Shown here piece by piece: positions 28,335 to 37,961 of a stretch of DNA of 64,000 nt. The translations under genes were made by a program, and so were the position numbers. Position 1 is the first letter of the stretch. Each line of letters begins with the position of its first letter. This DNA is from Acidimicrobiia bacterium. Its GTDB lineage: Bacteria > Actinomycetota > Acidimicrobiia > ATN3 > PSLF01. The stretch spans positions 265,009 to 329,008 of the forward strand of contig PSLF01000001.1 in the NCBI GenBank assembly GCA_040289475.1. The letters run 5' to 3'. The notes beneath the pieces were generated by a model, which was not told the DNA's origin, made no database searches, and saw only the letters and a program-made list of their open reading frames with translations.

Positions 28335-29227
28335 GCTCTCGCGGATGGACAAGCAACCCGGGGGTCGAGGCGATTTTTGGGGCACCGCCGAGAGAGGAAG
28401 CATTCGAGCCGGCATCAAGATCGGAGAGACCACGACTGGAGATGCGCGATACCGTCTTCGACATAAATTCGCTGTCCGTTTACTACGGTAATGTTCAGGC
28501 GTTGGCAGACGTTACTTTGCAAGTGTTTCGAAACCAGATCACAGCAGTGATCGGCCCTTCGGGGTGCGGAAAGAGCACATTTATTAGGTGTTTGAACCGC
28601 ATGAACGACCTCGTACCGGGTGCAGTTGTAAAAGGATCGGTCCTTTTTGAAGGAAAAGACATATATGCTCCCGATGTCGATCCGATCTGGCTGCGGCGCC
28701 TGGTAGGTATGGTCTTTCAAAAGCCCAACCCTTTCCCCAAGTCCATTTATGACAACGTTGCCTTCGGCCTGCGCATCAACGGGGTGGCACGGCGCAACGA
28801 ACTAGACGACAGAGTTAGAACTGCACTCGAGAAAGCCGCCCTGTGGGAAGCTGTAAAGAACAAGCTCAAGGAGAACGCCCTCACTCTATCGGGGGGTGAG
28901 CAGCAGAGGCTGTGTATCGCGAGAGCCATTGCGGTCGAGCCCGAAGTGGTTCTCATGGACGAACCGTGTTCAGCCCTCGATCCGATCGCTACCGCTCGCA
29001 TTGAGGAGCTGATGCACGAACTAAAGCGCGATTACACCATCGTTATCGTTACCCACAACATGCAGCAGGCCGCTCGGATCTCTGACAGAACGGCCTTCTT
29101 TCTCACCGAGACAAACGCTAGTGGAGCCCGGTACGGTCGACTTGTAGAAGTCGATGCAACAGAACGAATTTTCACCAATCCAAAAGATCCCCGCACAAAC
29201 GGGTACATCACGGGTCGCTTCGGCTAA
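28331..29227 (+). CDS. pstB: Phosphate ABC transporter ATP-binding protein PstB. Start uncertain: ATG at 28331 overlaps the pstA stop (ATGA); ATG at 28442 ([16 protein letters not shown]) gives the canonical length.
   Basis: Walker [10 protein letters not shown], signature [14 protein letters not shown], Walker B VVLMDEP, and C-terminal [18 protein letters not shown]. Confidence 0.9.
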   Translation: MSSRGWTSNPGVEAIFGAPPREEAFEPASRSERPRLEMRDTVFDINSLSVYYGNVQALADVTLQVFRNQITAVIGPSGCGKSTFIRCLNRMNDLVPGAVVKGSVLFEGKDIYAPDVDPIWLRRLVGMVFQKPNPFPKSIYDNVAFGLRINGVARRNELDDRVRTALEKAALWEAVKNKLKENALTLSGGEQQRLCIARAIAVEPEVVLMDEPCSALDPIATARIEELMHELKRDYTIVIVTHNMQQAARISDRTAFFLTETNASGARYGRLVEVDATERIFTNPKDPRTNGYITGRFG

Positions 29228-29272
29228 GTTGCCCCGGTGTCCGCATGCACCCCCTAGCCTGAAACCCCGCTC

Positions 29273-30241
29273 TCAAGCGATCAGCTCAAGATCGACGATG
29301 ATTGGCAAGTGGTCAGATCCAACGTCCGGGCCTACGCGGCGGGATACGATCCGAAAGTGTGGTGACACCAAACAGTGATCGATAGGCGCCAGAGCGAAAG
29401 GGCCTGGATTCAACTTTGGCCAAGTTGGCTGAGTTCCGAAGCCTCGGCGAGTATCCAAGAGCCCCGCCCTCTCTGTGAGCTCTGAAAATATGGAGGACCA
29501 CGAGGTGACATTGAGGTCGCCGATGACGATGAGTCGCTCGGAGTATCGCTTTCTTGTCTCGGCAATAGCGCGTAGCTGGCGGTTCCTTAGGCGGTAACCA
29601 TAAGGCGTGGTGGGAGAGAGAGGGTGTGTCACAACCACTGTGATGTCGGCGCCGGAGATGTGAATTTTGCTGACTATTGAGGGGAGGCCTGGGTCAGCGA
29701 AGTAGACCAGTTGGGGGTCTAGGAGTGGATACTTAGAGAAAAGAGCAATTCCAGCACCAGTGTCGGCTAGGAACGTGAATAGGAAAGGGTACTGCTCGGA
29801 CAATCGCTGCTCGAGGTATTTCCCTACGGACTTGGACACTTCCTCTACGGCAAACAGGTCGGCGTCGATGGACTTAGCATAGGCCAGAACCTTTTCTGCC
29901 TCCGAGTTTCGGATATGCGAGTTGAGCTGAAGAACTCTTAGTCTTTGCGAGGATGGATCGGAGCCAGCCACCGGCGTTTGTTTGGGGGAAAGATACAGCG
30001 GGAGAACCTGCTGTGCATTTGCCGCTATCAGTAATAGAGCGGCCGCAGCGCCCAACCATCTTCTTCGGACAAAGAGGAGGATGCCTGCGCCGGCTTGTGC
30101 GGCGAGGTACACGGGGCGGAAGGCTGCCATCACATCGAAAAGCCATCCTCGGTCAGATAAAAACCCCCCGAAGGTCGCAACGCCGGTTACGCCCAACACA
30201 AAGTACACAGCTCGCCAGGCAATTCTCCTTAGTATCGTCAT
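29273..30241 (-). CDS. Endonuclease/exonuclease/phosphatase (EEP) family protein with an N-terminal multi-TM anchor
   Basis: Three N-terminal hydrophobic helices, then LRVLQLN..., DADLFAVEEV, and C-terminal GDLNVTSWS and SDHLPIIVDL, the typical EEP catalytic motifs. Confidence 0.7.
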   Translation of the reverse strand: MTILRRIAWRAVYFVLGVTGVATFGGFLSDRGWLFDVMAAFRPVYLAAQAGAGILLFVRRRWLGAAAALLLIAANAQQVLPLYLSPKQTPVAGSDPSSQRLRVLQLNSHIRNSEAEKVLAYAKSIDADLFAVEEVSKSVGKYLEQRLSEQYPFLFTFLADTGAGIALFSKYPLLDPQLVYFADPGLPSIVSKIHISGADITVVVTHPLSPTTPYGYRLRNRQLRAIAETRKRYSERLIVIGDLNVTSWSSIFSELTERAGLLDTRRGFGTQPTWPKLNPGPFALAPIDHCLVSPHFRIVSRRVGPDVGSDHLPIIVDLELIA

Positions 30242-30273
30242 GATCGGTAATCCGCCGGGTTCGGGGGTAGTAA

Positions 30274-30489
30274 ATGGAAGAGTTCAGAGTGCATCTCGCA
30301 GTTTTCCTCTCCGTCAATGCTTTGGCCTGGGTAGTGTGGCTGCTCGTTACGCCCGGCACATTCTACTGGCCGCTTTTAGTACATCTTTTGTGGGGGATCG
30401 TTCTTTTCCTGCACTTTGCTCTCGCAAATCGCTCGCAGCGCAAAAGGCGAGTGCTGAGGGGATACAGGCCGTACACCCGTGCCTCTTGA
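30274..30489 (+). CDS. Small 2TM-domain protein
   Basis: HLAVFLSVNALAWVVWL...FYWPLLVHLLWGIVLFLHFALAN matches the 2TM-domain pattern (two helices, conserved W/P/H positions). Overlaps the lhr start by 11 nt. Confidence 0.5.
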   Translation: MEEFRVHLAVFLSVNALAWVVWLLVTPGTFYWPLLVHLLWGIVLFLHFALANRSQRKRRVLRGYRPYTRAS

Positions 30490-33400
30490 GGATTTTTCGC
30501 CACCAATATCTGCGTGGTTCATAAAAACCTTCGGGTCTCCTACCCAAGCCCAGGCTCGGGCATGGCCTCTTATTAGGCGGGGAAGTCACGTTCTCCTCTC
30601 CGCTCCTACCGGATCAGGTAAGACGTTGGCAGCATTCTTGGTGGCGATCGAACGGATCGGCCGGAAGCGCATGGCTGGTGATCGACGGCGAAGAGAGGGG
30701 GCCAGCGTTTTGTATGTCTCACCTCTGCGCTCTTTGGTGTCCGATGTGGCGACCAACCTCGTAGAGCCGCTTTCGGCCATCGGGAGTCTCGACCCAGCGT
30801 TTGAAGGGATAGAAGTAGGGGTTCGAACCGGAGACACGGCTGCGTCGGCCCGCTCCCGTCAGGTGAAAAGACCCCCCGATATAGTGGCGACTACGCCCGA
30901 GTCATTGGCTCTGATGCTTCTTTCCGAGGGGGGACGAAAGATTCTTTCCACCGTCGAGTATGTAATCGTCGACGAGATCCATGCGGTGGTTGGATCGAAG
31001 CGCGGACCACAACTAGCTCTGAGCCTCGAACTTCTGGAGGATCTTGTCGCCCCTTCCGGGAGGCAATCGCCGGAGGAGTCGTTCTTTGCGACCAGCTGGC
31101 GACCCGGGTATCACCGCCGTGTTGGCCTACAGAGGGTGGGTCTTTCGGCCACGCAAGAACCAATCACATCCATGGCCAGGTTTTTGGGGGGTGTTGGGCG
31201 GGAAGTCGCCATTGTCGATTGCGGGCGCTTTAGGGCTATGGATGTCCAGATCGAGCTCGGCAGCAGCGAAGTGGGCGCGGTGTGTTCGGGAGAGGAGTGG
31301 TCGGCTATCTACGAAAAGGTAGCGGCTCTTGTGCAAGAGCACCGGTCTTCGCTGGTTTTCGTGGCCACAAGGAGGATGGCCGAACGCGTCGGTGCGCGCC
31401 TAGGGGAGCTGCTGGGAAATGACGTCGTAGCTTCGCACCATGGCTCTCTTTCGAAGGAGCGCCGACAGACCGTAGAGTCTCGTCTCAAGGCGGGAGAGCT
31501 AAAGGCCGTGGTGGCTACTTCCTCTCTCGAGTTGGGGATCGACATCGGCGATGTAGACCTCGTGATTCAGATCGGTTCTCCCAAGAGCGTCACCACGGCG
31601 ACACAGAGGATAGGGCGCTCGGGTCACGCTGTCTCGGGACTTCCTAAAGGCAGGATTTTTCCGTTGACTGTATCTGAGTTGGAAGAGGTCAGCTCGATCG
31701 TGGGCATGATGAGAGACGGCCTACTGGACTCGGCCACCTTCGTGGAAAAGCCCCTTGATGTTTTGGCTCAGGAGTGCGTGGCGGCATGTGTAATGCGGCC
31801 TCGCCAGCGGGACGAGCTATTCAAGATCGTTAGACGGGCGTGGCCGTACCGAGATCTCACGGCCGGCGAGCTCGACTCTGTATTGCAGCTTCACTCGAAG
31901 GGGCGGTGGGCGCTTTTGCACTTGGACCCAGTCTCGGGCGTTGTAAGGGCGACCCGACGAGCTCGACTGCACTGTCTAACCAACTCCGGCACGATCCCGG
32001 ACACCGGGGAATATGAAGTAGTACAGATCGAAGACGGTTCCTTCTTGGGCTCTCTGGACGAAGACTTCGCCATCGAATCCGCCATCGGAGACGTATTCCA
32101 ATTAGGCAACTCTTCGTGGAGGGTGTCCAAGGTTCGCCAGGGCCAGGTTTTGGTGAGTGAAGCAGGTGACGTGCCGGCAACCTTTCCCTTCTGGTTTGGC
32201 GAAGGCCCTTTTCGCAGTAGGGAGGTGGGGGAAAGGATTGGCCGGTTCCGACAAGCTTGGCTAGAGCTGTACCAAAAAGGCGTGGATCGGAGCGAACGGA
32301 TCGAGTGGATCGGTGAAAAAGTACGGCTCAACCTATCTGCTGCTTCACGCATAGACGACTACCTAGCCGAAACAGCCAATTTGCTGGGGACTTTACCAAC
32401 TCACTCACGAGTAGTCGCGGAACGGTTCTTCGACCACAGCGGCGGCATGCAGCTTGTGGTGCACGCACCTTTTGGATCTCGCATAAACAGAGCTTGGGGA
32501 CTAGCTCTAAGAAAAAAGTTTTGCCGAAGCTTCGGCTTCGAACTCCAGGCCGCTGCCGGCGATGACGGATTACTGATCTCCTTGTCTACTATGCACTCGT
32601 TTCCGGTGGAGGAGGTGTTCGAGTTTCTCTCTCCGGAGTCGGTTCGCCACGTTCTAGAGCAGGCTGTGATTGGCACCCCTCTTTTCGCCACGAGGTGGCG
32701 ATGGGCCGCAGTGTGCTCGCTATTGGTGGAGCGCAACAGAGCCGGAGGTAAGATTCCAATCAACCTGCAGCGGACAATTGCTCAGGACCGCCTCGCCGAG
32801 GCGTTTCCGCAGTCACTGGCGTGTTTCGAAACGCTTCCACCTGGTGACATTCCTGTGCCTTTAGATCACCCCGTCGTAAGACAGACACTAAGAGACTGTC
32901 TTGAATATGCAATGGATACAGAAGAACTGGTGAGAGTCGTAGAACGGCTAAAAAGCGGACAGATCGAGCGAGTTGCTGTCGATGTGCCATTCCCCTCACC
33001 TATGGCCGAGGGGATACTTCAAGCCAAGCCGTACGAGTTTCTAGACGATGCTCCTCTGGAGGAGCGCCGTGCCCACGCAGTACCCGGCATTGGAAAAAGG
33101 CCAAGGACCCCGTATTCGGGCTCTATAGACGCGGAAGTAGCTAGGAGAGTGAGGCAGCGACGCTGGCCTCGACCCGATGGCGTAGAAGAGCTGCATCACA
33201 CCCTTGTATGGATGGGCTTTGTAACGGAGGCGGAGGCAGCAAGCTCAGGATGGAACGGATGGCTAGAGCAGTTAGCCGAGCAAGGTCGGGTTGAATTCGA
33301 GGAAGGACGGTGGAAAGCAAAAGGAGTGAAATGGGACTGGACCTCTGTTGCCGAGGGTCGCTTGCAGGCGCTCGGCTTTGTTGCGATGGGAGAAGAGCCA

Positions 33401-34420
33401 TTGGTGGGCTCTGGGGGTAGGCGGGCTCTGCTCGAACTAGAGGCAGCAGGTAAGGCATTGAGGGTGCGTGTCGGAGGCGAAACTGTTTGGGCCGAGCGTA
33501 GAGCTGCTTCCGAAGGGCTGAAACTTACTCGCAGAAAACTGCTCGAAAGTTTTTCACCCGTAACCATCGAGGCTTTTCAAAAGTTTTTGAATCACTGGAA
33601 CCACTTGTGCGAGGAAACGCGGCTGGAGGGACCAGAAGGAGTGGTAGAGGCAGCGCTTTGTGCCGGTGGGCTTCCGGTGGAGGCTGGTCGCCTCGAGAGG
33701 GAGTTCTTATCCGAAAGAGTTAGGGGCTACAGGCCCGAGTGGCTTGACTCGGCCATCTCTTCTGGGAGGATTGTGTGGTTTAGAGCGGGCCCGTACCGCC
33801 GCGTTGCCTTCTCCAAGCTGCCGATCTGTCTAGTACCCTTTGCCGACGCCCACATCTGGTACAGCGTATGGGGCGGCGGAGCCGATCCCCAGAAGCTGTC
33901 GGGCAATGCCGCTGCGGTGTACGAGATTCTCTTGGAGCGGGGTCCGCGTTTTTTCTTTGATCTGGAGCGCGAGGCGGGTATTCCGTCAGCGTGGCTGGAG
34001 AGAGCTATCGAAGAGCTAATCACGCTTGGCCTTGTTACAGCAGATTCTTTTTCCTTGGCACGATGGATGCTGCGGGCCAAGCGACTGAGAGCACTTCCCA
34101 TCCGCATAACGGGGAGAGTTTGGGCAATTCAACGAGAGCTGATATGCAGAGAGAAACCGGATGGCGAGCGCATAAGCGAGTGTGTAGCCAAAGGACTTCT
34201 CGCCCGCATGGGAATTGTATGGAGGGAGCGTTTCCTAGAGTGCAAAGTACCCCTTCCCTGGGGCGACATCCGGAGCGCTCTGCGGCGATTAGAACAACGG
34301 GGAGAGGCGCGCTGGGGGCGATTTGTTCGGTCAGGATCGGGAGAGCAATTCGCAGCGCCAACCGCACCGGAGTACTTGGCTAGGATAGCTGCGCTTGGGC
34401 AACACGCAGACTCTGGATAA
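30479..34420 (+). CDS. lhr: Large ATP-dependent DEAD/DEAH-box helicase Lhr (Lhr-core plus long C-terminal domain)
   Basis: LLSAPTGSGKTLAAFL (motif I), DEIHAV (motif II), helicase C-terminal motifs (VATSSLELGIDIGDVDLVIQ, QRIGRSGH), and a 1313-aa length typical of Lhr. Confidence 0.9.
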   Translation: MPLEDFSPPISAWFIKTFGSPTQAQARAWPLIRRGSHVLLSAPTGSGKTLAAFLVAIERIGRKRMAGDRRRREGASVLYVSPLRSLVSDVATNLVEPLSAIGSLDPAFEGIEVGVRTGDTAASARSRQVKRPPDIVATTPESLALMLLSEGGRKILSTVEYVIVDEIHAVVGSKRGPQLALSLELLEDLVAPSGRQSPEESFFATSWRPGYHRRVGLQRVGLSATQEPITSMARFLGGVGREVAIVDCGRFRAMDVQIELGSSEVGAVCSGEEWSAIYEKVAALVQEHRSSLVFVATRRMAERVGARLGELLGNDVVASHHGSLSKERRQTVESRLKAGELKAVVATSSLELGIDIGDVDLVIQIGSPKSVTTATQRIGRSGHAVSGLPKGRIFPLTVSELEEVSSIVGMMRDGLLDSATFVEKPLDVLAQECVAACVMRPRQRDELFKIVRRAWPYRDLTAGELDSVLQLHSKGRWALLHLDPVSGVVRATRRARLHCLTNSGTIPDTGEYEVVQIEDGSFLGSLDEDFAIESAIGDVFQLGNSSWRVSKVRQGQVLVSEAGDVPATFPFWFGEGPFRSREVGERIGRFRQAWLELYQKGVDRSERIEWIGEKVRLNLSAASRIDDYLAETANLLGTLPTHSRVVAERFFDHSGGMQLVVHAPFGSRINRAWGLALRKKFCRSFGFELQAAAGDDGLLISLSTMHSFPVEEVFEFLSPESVRHVLEQAVIGTPLFATRWRWAAVCSLLVERNRAGGKIPINLQRTIAQDRLAEAFPQSLACFETLPPGDIPVPLDHPVVRQTLRDCLEYAMDTEELVRVVERLKSGQIERVAVDVPFPSPMAEGILQAKPYEFLDDAPLEERRAHAVPGIGKRPRTPYSGSIDAEVARRVRQRRWPRPDGVEELHHTLVWMGFVTEAEAASSGWNGWLEQLAEQGRVEFEEGRWKAKGVKWDWTSVAEGRLQALGFVAMGEEPLVGSGGRRALLELEAAGKALRVRVGGETVWAERRAASEGLKLTRRKLLESFSPVTIEAFQKFLNHWNHLCEETRLEGPEGVVEAALCAGGLPVEAGRLEREFLSERVRGYRPEWLDSAISSGRIVWFRAGPYRRVAFSKLPICLVPFADAHIWYSVWGGGADPQKLSGNAAAVYEILLERGPRFFFDLEREAGIPSAWLERAIEELITLGLVTADSFSLARWMLRAKRLRALPIRITGRVWAIQRELICREKPDGERISECVAKGLLARMGIVWRERFLECKVPLPWGDIRSALRRLEQRGEARWGRFVRSGSGEQFAAPTAPEYLARIAALGQHADSG

Positions 34421-34445
34421 GTAGGCAGATCTCACAGCCAGGGGG

Positions 34446-35075
34446 TTACGCGGTCCTCCAGCGAGCACCCGTGACGATCGGGCCAGACATCCCTCTGGAG
34501 CGGAGTTCGAGCTCGGCATCGAAGTTCGCCTTTGAACATTTCACTGTAACCTCGATTTGATACGTAGCACCGTCGGCGGTCGACTTGAAATTGTGGTTCT
34601 TGAACTCTTTGCTCAAAATCTGCCCACAATATTCATGGACGAACTCGACGAGCTGCTCCAACTCGGCTTTCGAAACATGATTCGGATCGGACAACTCGCG
34701 CATTCTGCCAAGTTGACCGCGCCCAGCCGCATCGATGAATTCGCTGGCCGTTCGCTGTGGTTCTAAGATCTGGCGCTCAACCAAGTTGCGGACGCGCTTT
34801 CCGAAAAGTAACAGCATACCGCCCCCTATTAACGCTAGAACCACGAGCGCGACCAGTCCTACGATCAGACACGTCCGCAAGCCGCTCTGCCTTGGTGGTT
34901 GATAGGGCTGGGTGGGGTAAGGAGCATATGTTGGTTGCTGCATCGTGGCAGGCGGGTACTGCCCGGGAGGCTGAGGTGGGATTACTCCTGGTGTAGGGAT
35001 GTTCGGTGGGTAATGAGGTGGCTCTTGAGACACTGTGAGATCCCCTTGAATGCAAGAGATTTGAAGCGGTGTCAT
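34446..35075 (-). CDS. Pro/Gln/Tyr-rich N-terminal, single-TM hypothetical protein with a DUF4878-like periplasmic domain
   Basis: Low-complexity PPQPPGQYPPATMQQPTYAPYPTQPYQPP, TM LIVGLVALVVLALIGGGMLLLF, and a C-terminal globular domain with no recognisable catalytic motif. Confidence 0.5.
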   Translation of the reverse strand: MTPLQISCIQGDLTVSQEPPHYPPNIPTPGVIPPQPPGQYPPATMQQPTYAPYPTQPYQPPRQSGLRTCLIVGLVALVVLALIGGGMLLLFGKRVRNLVERQILEPQRTASEFIDAAGRGQLGRMRELSDPNHVSKAELEQLVEFVHEYCGQILSKEFKNHNFKSTADGATYQIEVTVKCSKANFDAELELRSRGMSGPIVTGARWRTA

Positions 35076-35136
35076 TGTAGCGATTGTTTCGAGTACGCGA
35101 CTCTAGGGTATACAGATTTCCAGCTAACATCGGGGT

Positions 35137-35949
35137 GTGTGCGGAAGATTTGTTCAGGCCCTTCAACCTCAGAAAATCGTCGACTACTTCGGGGTAGATC
35201 CCTCTTCGATCGCAAAGGCTGTACTCGAGCCCAACTTCAATGTGTCCCCCTCTCAAAAGATTCTCCATGTACTTGCAAATATTGAACGTGCCCACGTCGA
35301 GGAAGGATATTCCCGAGAACAAGAATGGGTGGAGCGAGAGCGAGGGTCGCGATCCACAGAGGGCGACTATGAGGTCAGAATCGCTGAGCGCATTAGATGG
35401 GGGCTGGTGTTTCCCTGGGCCAAGTCAGAGAGATCCGGTCCGAATCCGATAAATGCGCGAGTGGAGTCGCTCACTACGAAACAGACATTTCGAAAAATTT
35501 TTCTTGGACAACGTTCCCTCGTGCCGGCCGACGGCTTCTACGAGTGGCGAAAAGTCGGATCGGGAAGGAAGATTCCGTACTTCATCAAGTCAGCTGCCGA
35601 CGAGCCCCTCGCCATAGGTGCGATTTGGAGCATTTGGTGTCCTCCCGACGGCGGAATCCCGTTACGAAGTTGTGCTCTAATAACGGTTCCAGCCCCTTCG
35701 GAGCTAAGAGATATTCATGATCGGATGCCCGCTCTTGTCGACCCCTCCAACTTCGATCGCTGGCTGGATCCCGAATACTCCCAAGCAGAAGTGCTTTTGG
35801 AAATGCTTCGCCCAACCGAAGCTTGGATGCTCGAATGGTACCCGGTGAGCCCACGCGTGAATAATCCCTCGGTTAACGACCCTAGCCTGATCGTTCCCGA
35901 AAAAGGTCAGAGCATTGCTTCTCAGCGAACCACGAGGACGGGGCAGTGA
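35137..35949 (+). CDS. yedK: SOS-response-associated peptidase (SRAP/YedK/HMCES family; abasic-site DNA-protein crosslinking)
   Basis: Invariant N-terminal MCGRF (Cys2 nucleophile), RWGLVFPWAK, ADGFYEWR, and the C-terminal His region, with a roughly 35-aa insertion after the first strand. Confidence 0.85.
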   Translation: MCGRFVQALQPQKIVDYFGVDPSSIAKAVLEPNFNVSPSQKILHVLANIERAHVEEGYSREQEWVERERGSRSTEGDYEVRIAERIRWGLVFPWAKSERSGPNPINARVESLTTKQTFRKIFLGQRSLVPADGFYEWRKVGSGRKIPYFIKSAADEPLAIGAIWSIWCPPDGGIPLRSCALITVPAPSELRDIHDRMPALVDPSNFDRWLDPEYSQAEVLLEMLRPTEAWMLEWYPVSPRVNNPSVNDPSLIVPEKGQSIASQRTTRTGQ

Positions 35950-36353
35950 GCGTGGTGGACCACGCGGTCGGAGATAGAACCGAGTAGAAACCTTTCGATG
36001 GCACCAGCTCCTCTCGATCCCACTACTAAAAGATCGGCGCCCTCCCTCTCGGCGTATTCAACGAGTGTGTCGGCAGGGTGGCCGTCTATAACCACAAAGT
36101 TCGCGTCGTAGCCGACAGCGGCGAGAGCCTCCTTGGCCCGGTGTTCGGCTTCTTGGCGAAGGGAGTCCATCTGGGCCTGCAGGTCTATGGGCGTCTCGAA
36201 AGCCGCCGCATAGAATGTCGCTGGCAGGTGGCTCACGTGGACCACATCTAGTTTCGCTCCCGCAGCCTTGGCTATTTCGGCAGCGAGCTTGACCGCCTCT
36301 ATCGAGTAATCTGAACCGTCGTTTCCCACGACAATTTTTTGAAGTCCTTGCAT
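35922..36353 (-). CDS. Universal stress protein (UspA family)
   Basis: IVVGNDGSDYS...ADLLVVGSRGAGAIERFLLGSISDRVVHHAHCPVLVV is the canonical Usp ATP-binding motif. Confidence 0.85.
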   Translation of the reverse strand: MQGLQKIVVGNDGSDYSIEAVKLAAEIAKAAGAKLDVVHVSHLPATFYAAAFETPIDLQAQMDSLRQEAEHRAKEALAAVGYDANFVVIDGHPADTLVEYAEREGADLLVVGSRGAGAIERFLLGSISDRVVHHAHCPVLVVR

Positions 36354-36443
36354 TGCAACTCCAACTCGACTCGGGTCCGCCCCGCGGGGTTCTCAGGTTT
36401 GAGAGCGACGGGACAACCGTACTCATAATCGTAGTCGAGAAGC

Positions 36444-37961
36444 GTGTGTTTGATGAAGTCTCTCGAACGACAAAGCTCATGTGCGAGCGAGGGGGGGCGA
36501 GCAAAGGTGTGTGAGATCAGAGCAGCGAGACCTAGGCGGCGGACAAGCGAACTCCGAGCATACGTGCGCATGGGTTACAGGTCGGTCCGCGCCCTTGCTA
36601 TGTTCGGTCGCATCCTTGTGATTTACGTGATCTTATTGGGACTCCGCCGAATTCTGGGGCGTGATCGGAGTGCCAGGGTCGAAGAAGGTATACACCTTTG
36701 GAGCGCGCGAACCCTCTACAAAGGCTTTCTTTCGCTCGAAGGCGTCTACATCAAGCTGGGACAGTTCATGTCGATGCTCACCGGACTTCTACCGGATCAA
36801 TACCTGGATGAATTGGAGAAACTACAAGACGCCGTCCCACCTCGCCCATACGAGGCAATTGCGGCCCGGATAACAACGGAGTTGGAGAAGCCTATCGAAG
36901 CGGTCTTTGAAGAGTTGGAGGAGAAAGCGACAGCCTCGGCCTCACTTGGGCAGGTTCACCTGGGACGTCTGCGGGATGGCCGAGAGGTTGCCGTCAAGGT
37001 TCAGTACCCCGGCATCGAGCAAGTAGTCAGGACCGATTTGGCAGTAGTACGCCTAGCTGCTTCCGTGATCGACTTTTTCTTTCCCGAGCTCAACTACCGC
37101 AATGTCTACGAAGACCTGAAAAAGACCATTACTAGAGAGCTCGACTATTTGAACGAGGGCCGCAGCGCAGAGCGGATAGCCGCAAATTTTGCCGACAATG
37201 ACCACGTCGAGTTTCCTTTGATTTACTGGGAATACACCACGTCAAAGGTGCTGTGCATGGAACGAAAGAGAGGGATCAAAATCCTGGATGTCGCGGCCAT
37301 CAAAGAGGCGGGGATACGCCCTATAGATGTCATAGAGATACTAGTTCAAGCGTACTTCAAACAGCTACTGGTAGATGGTTTCTACCACGCCGATCCGCAT
37401 CCCGGGAACTTTTTCGTAAAAAAAGCAGCGGACGGTCGCCCCACGATAGTGTTTTTGGATTTCGGCGCTGTTGCTGAGTTTCCAAAAGATTTCAAGGACG
37501 GGATGAGGACCGTCGTCTATGGATACATGCTGCGGGATGACAAGCGTGTCATAGAGGGAATGCGCCAGATGGGCTTCGAGGCGGCTGGTGCGGACGAAGA
37601 GATTTTCGAGAAGGCAGTCCGCCATTACATGGACAAGCTCTTACATTTTTCACCACAAGACTTTTCCAAGCTCGACCTGCGCGAGTTTGACATCCGCAAG
37701 AACCTAGAGGAGATGCAACTTTCCTTTAGAGAGCTTGCCCGGACATTCCAGGTTCCTCGTAACTGGTTCTATGTAGAACGGACCCTCACTCTTCTTATGG
37801 GATTGTGTGCTCGTCTAGACCCCAAAGTGGATGCCTTCTTGTACGGGTTTCCCTATGCGGTGGAGTTCGTGTTTGGAGGCGACTCCAAGCTGGCGGCTAT
37901 CTGGGGTACTACCTCCGATCCGACAAAAGCTCGCAGCCGCGCTGTAAAAAAAACGAGTTAG
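36444..37961 (+). CDS. ABC1/UbiB-family atypical protein kinase (AarF domain). Start uncertain: alternative ATG at 36585.
   Basis: ASLGQVHLGRLRDGREVAVKVQYPGI, FYHADPHPGNFFV, DFGAV. The N-terminal region contains a TM helix. Confidence 0.85.
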   Translation: MCLMKSLERQSSCASEGGRAKVCEIRAARPRRRTSELRAYVRMGYRSVRALAMFGRILVIYVILLGLRRILGRDRSARVEEGIHLWSARTLYKGFLSLEGVYIKLGQFMSMLTGLLPDQYLDELEKLQDAVPPRPYEAIAARITTELEKPIEAVFEELEEKATASASLGQVHLGRLRDGREVAVKVQYPGIEQVVRTDLAVVRLAASVIDFFFPELNYRNVYEDLKKTITRELDYLNEGRSAERIAANFADNDHVEFPLIYWEYTTSKVLCMERKRGIKILDVAAIKEAGIRPIDVIEILVQAYFKQLLVDGFYHADPHPGNFFVKKAADGRPTIVFLDFGAVAEFPKDFKDGMRTVVYGYMLRDDKRVIEGMRQMGFEAAGADEEIFEKAVRHYMDKLLHFSPQDFSKLDLREFDIRKNLEEMQLSFRELARTFQVPRNWFYVERTLTLLMGLCARLDPKVDAFLYGFPYAVEFVFGGDSKLAAIWGTTSDPTKARSRAVKKTS

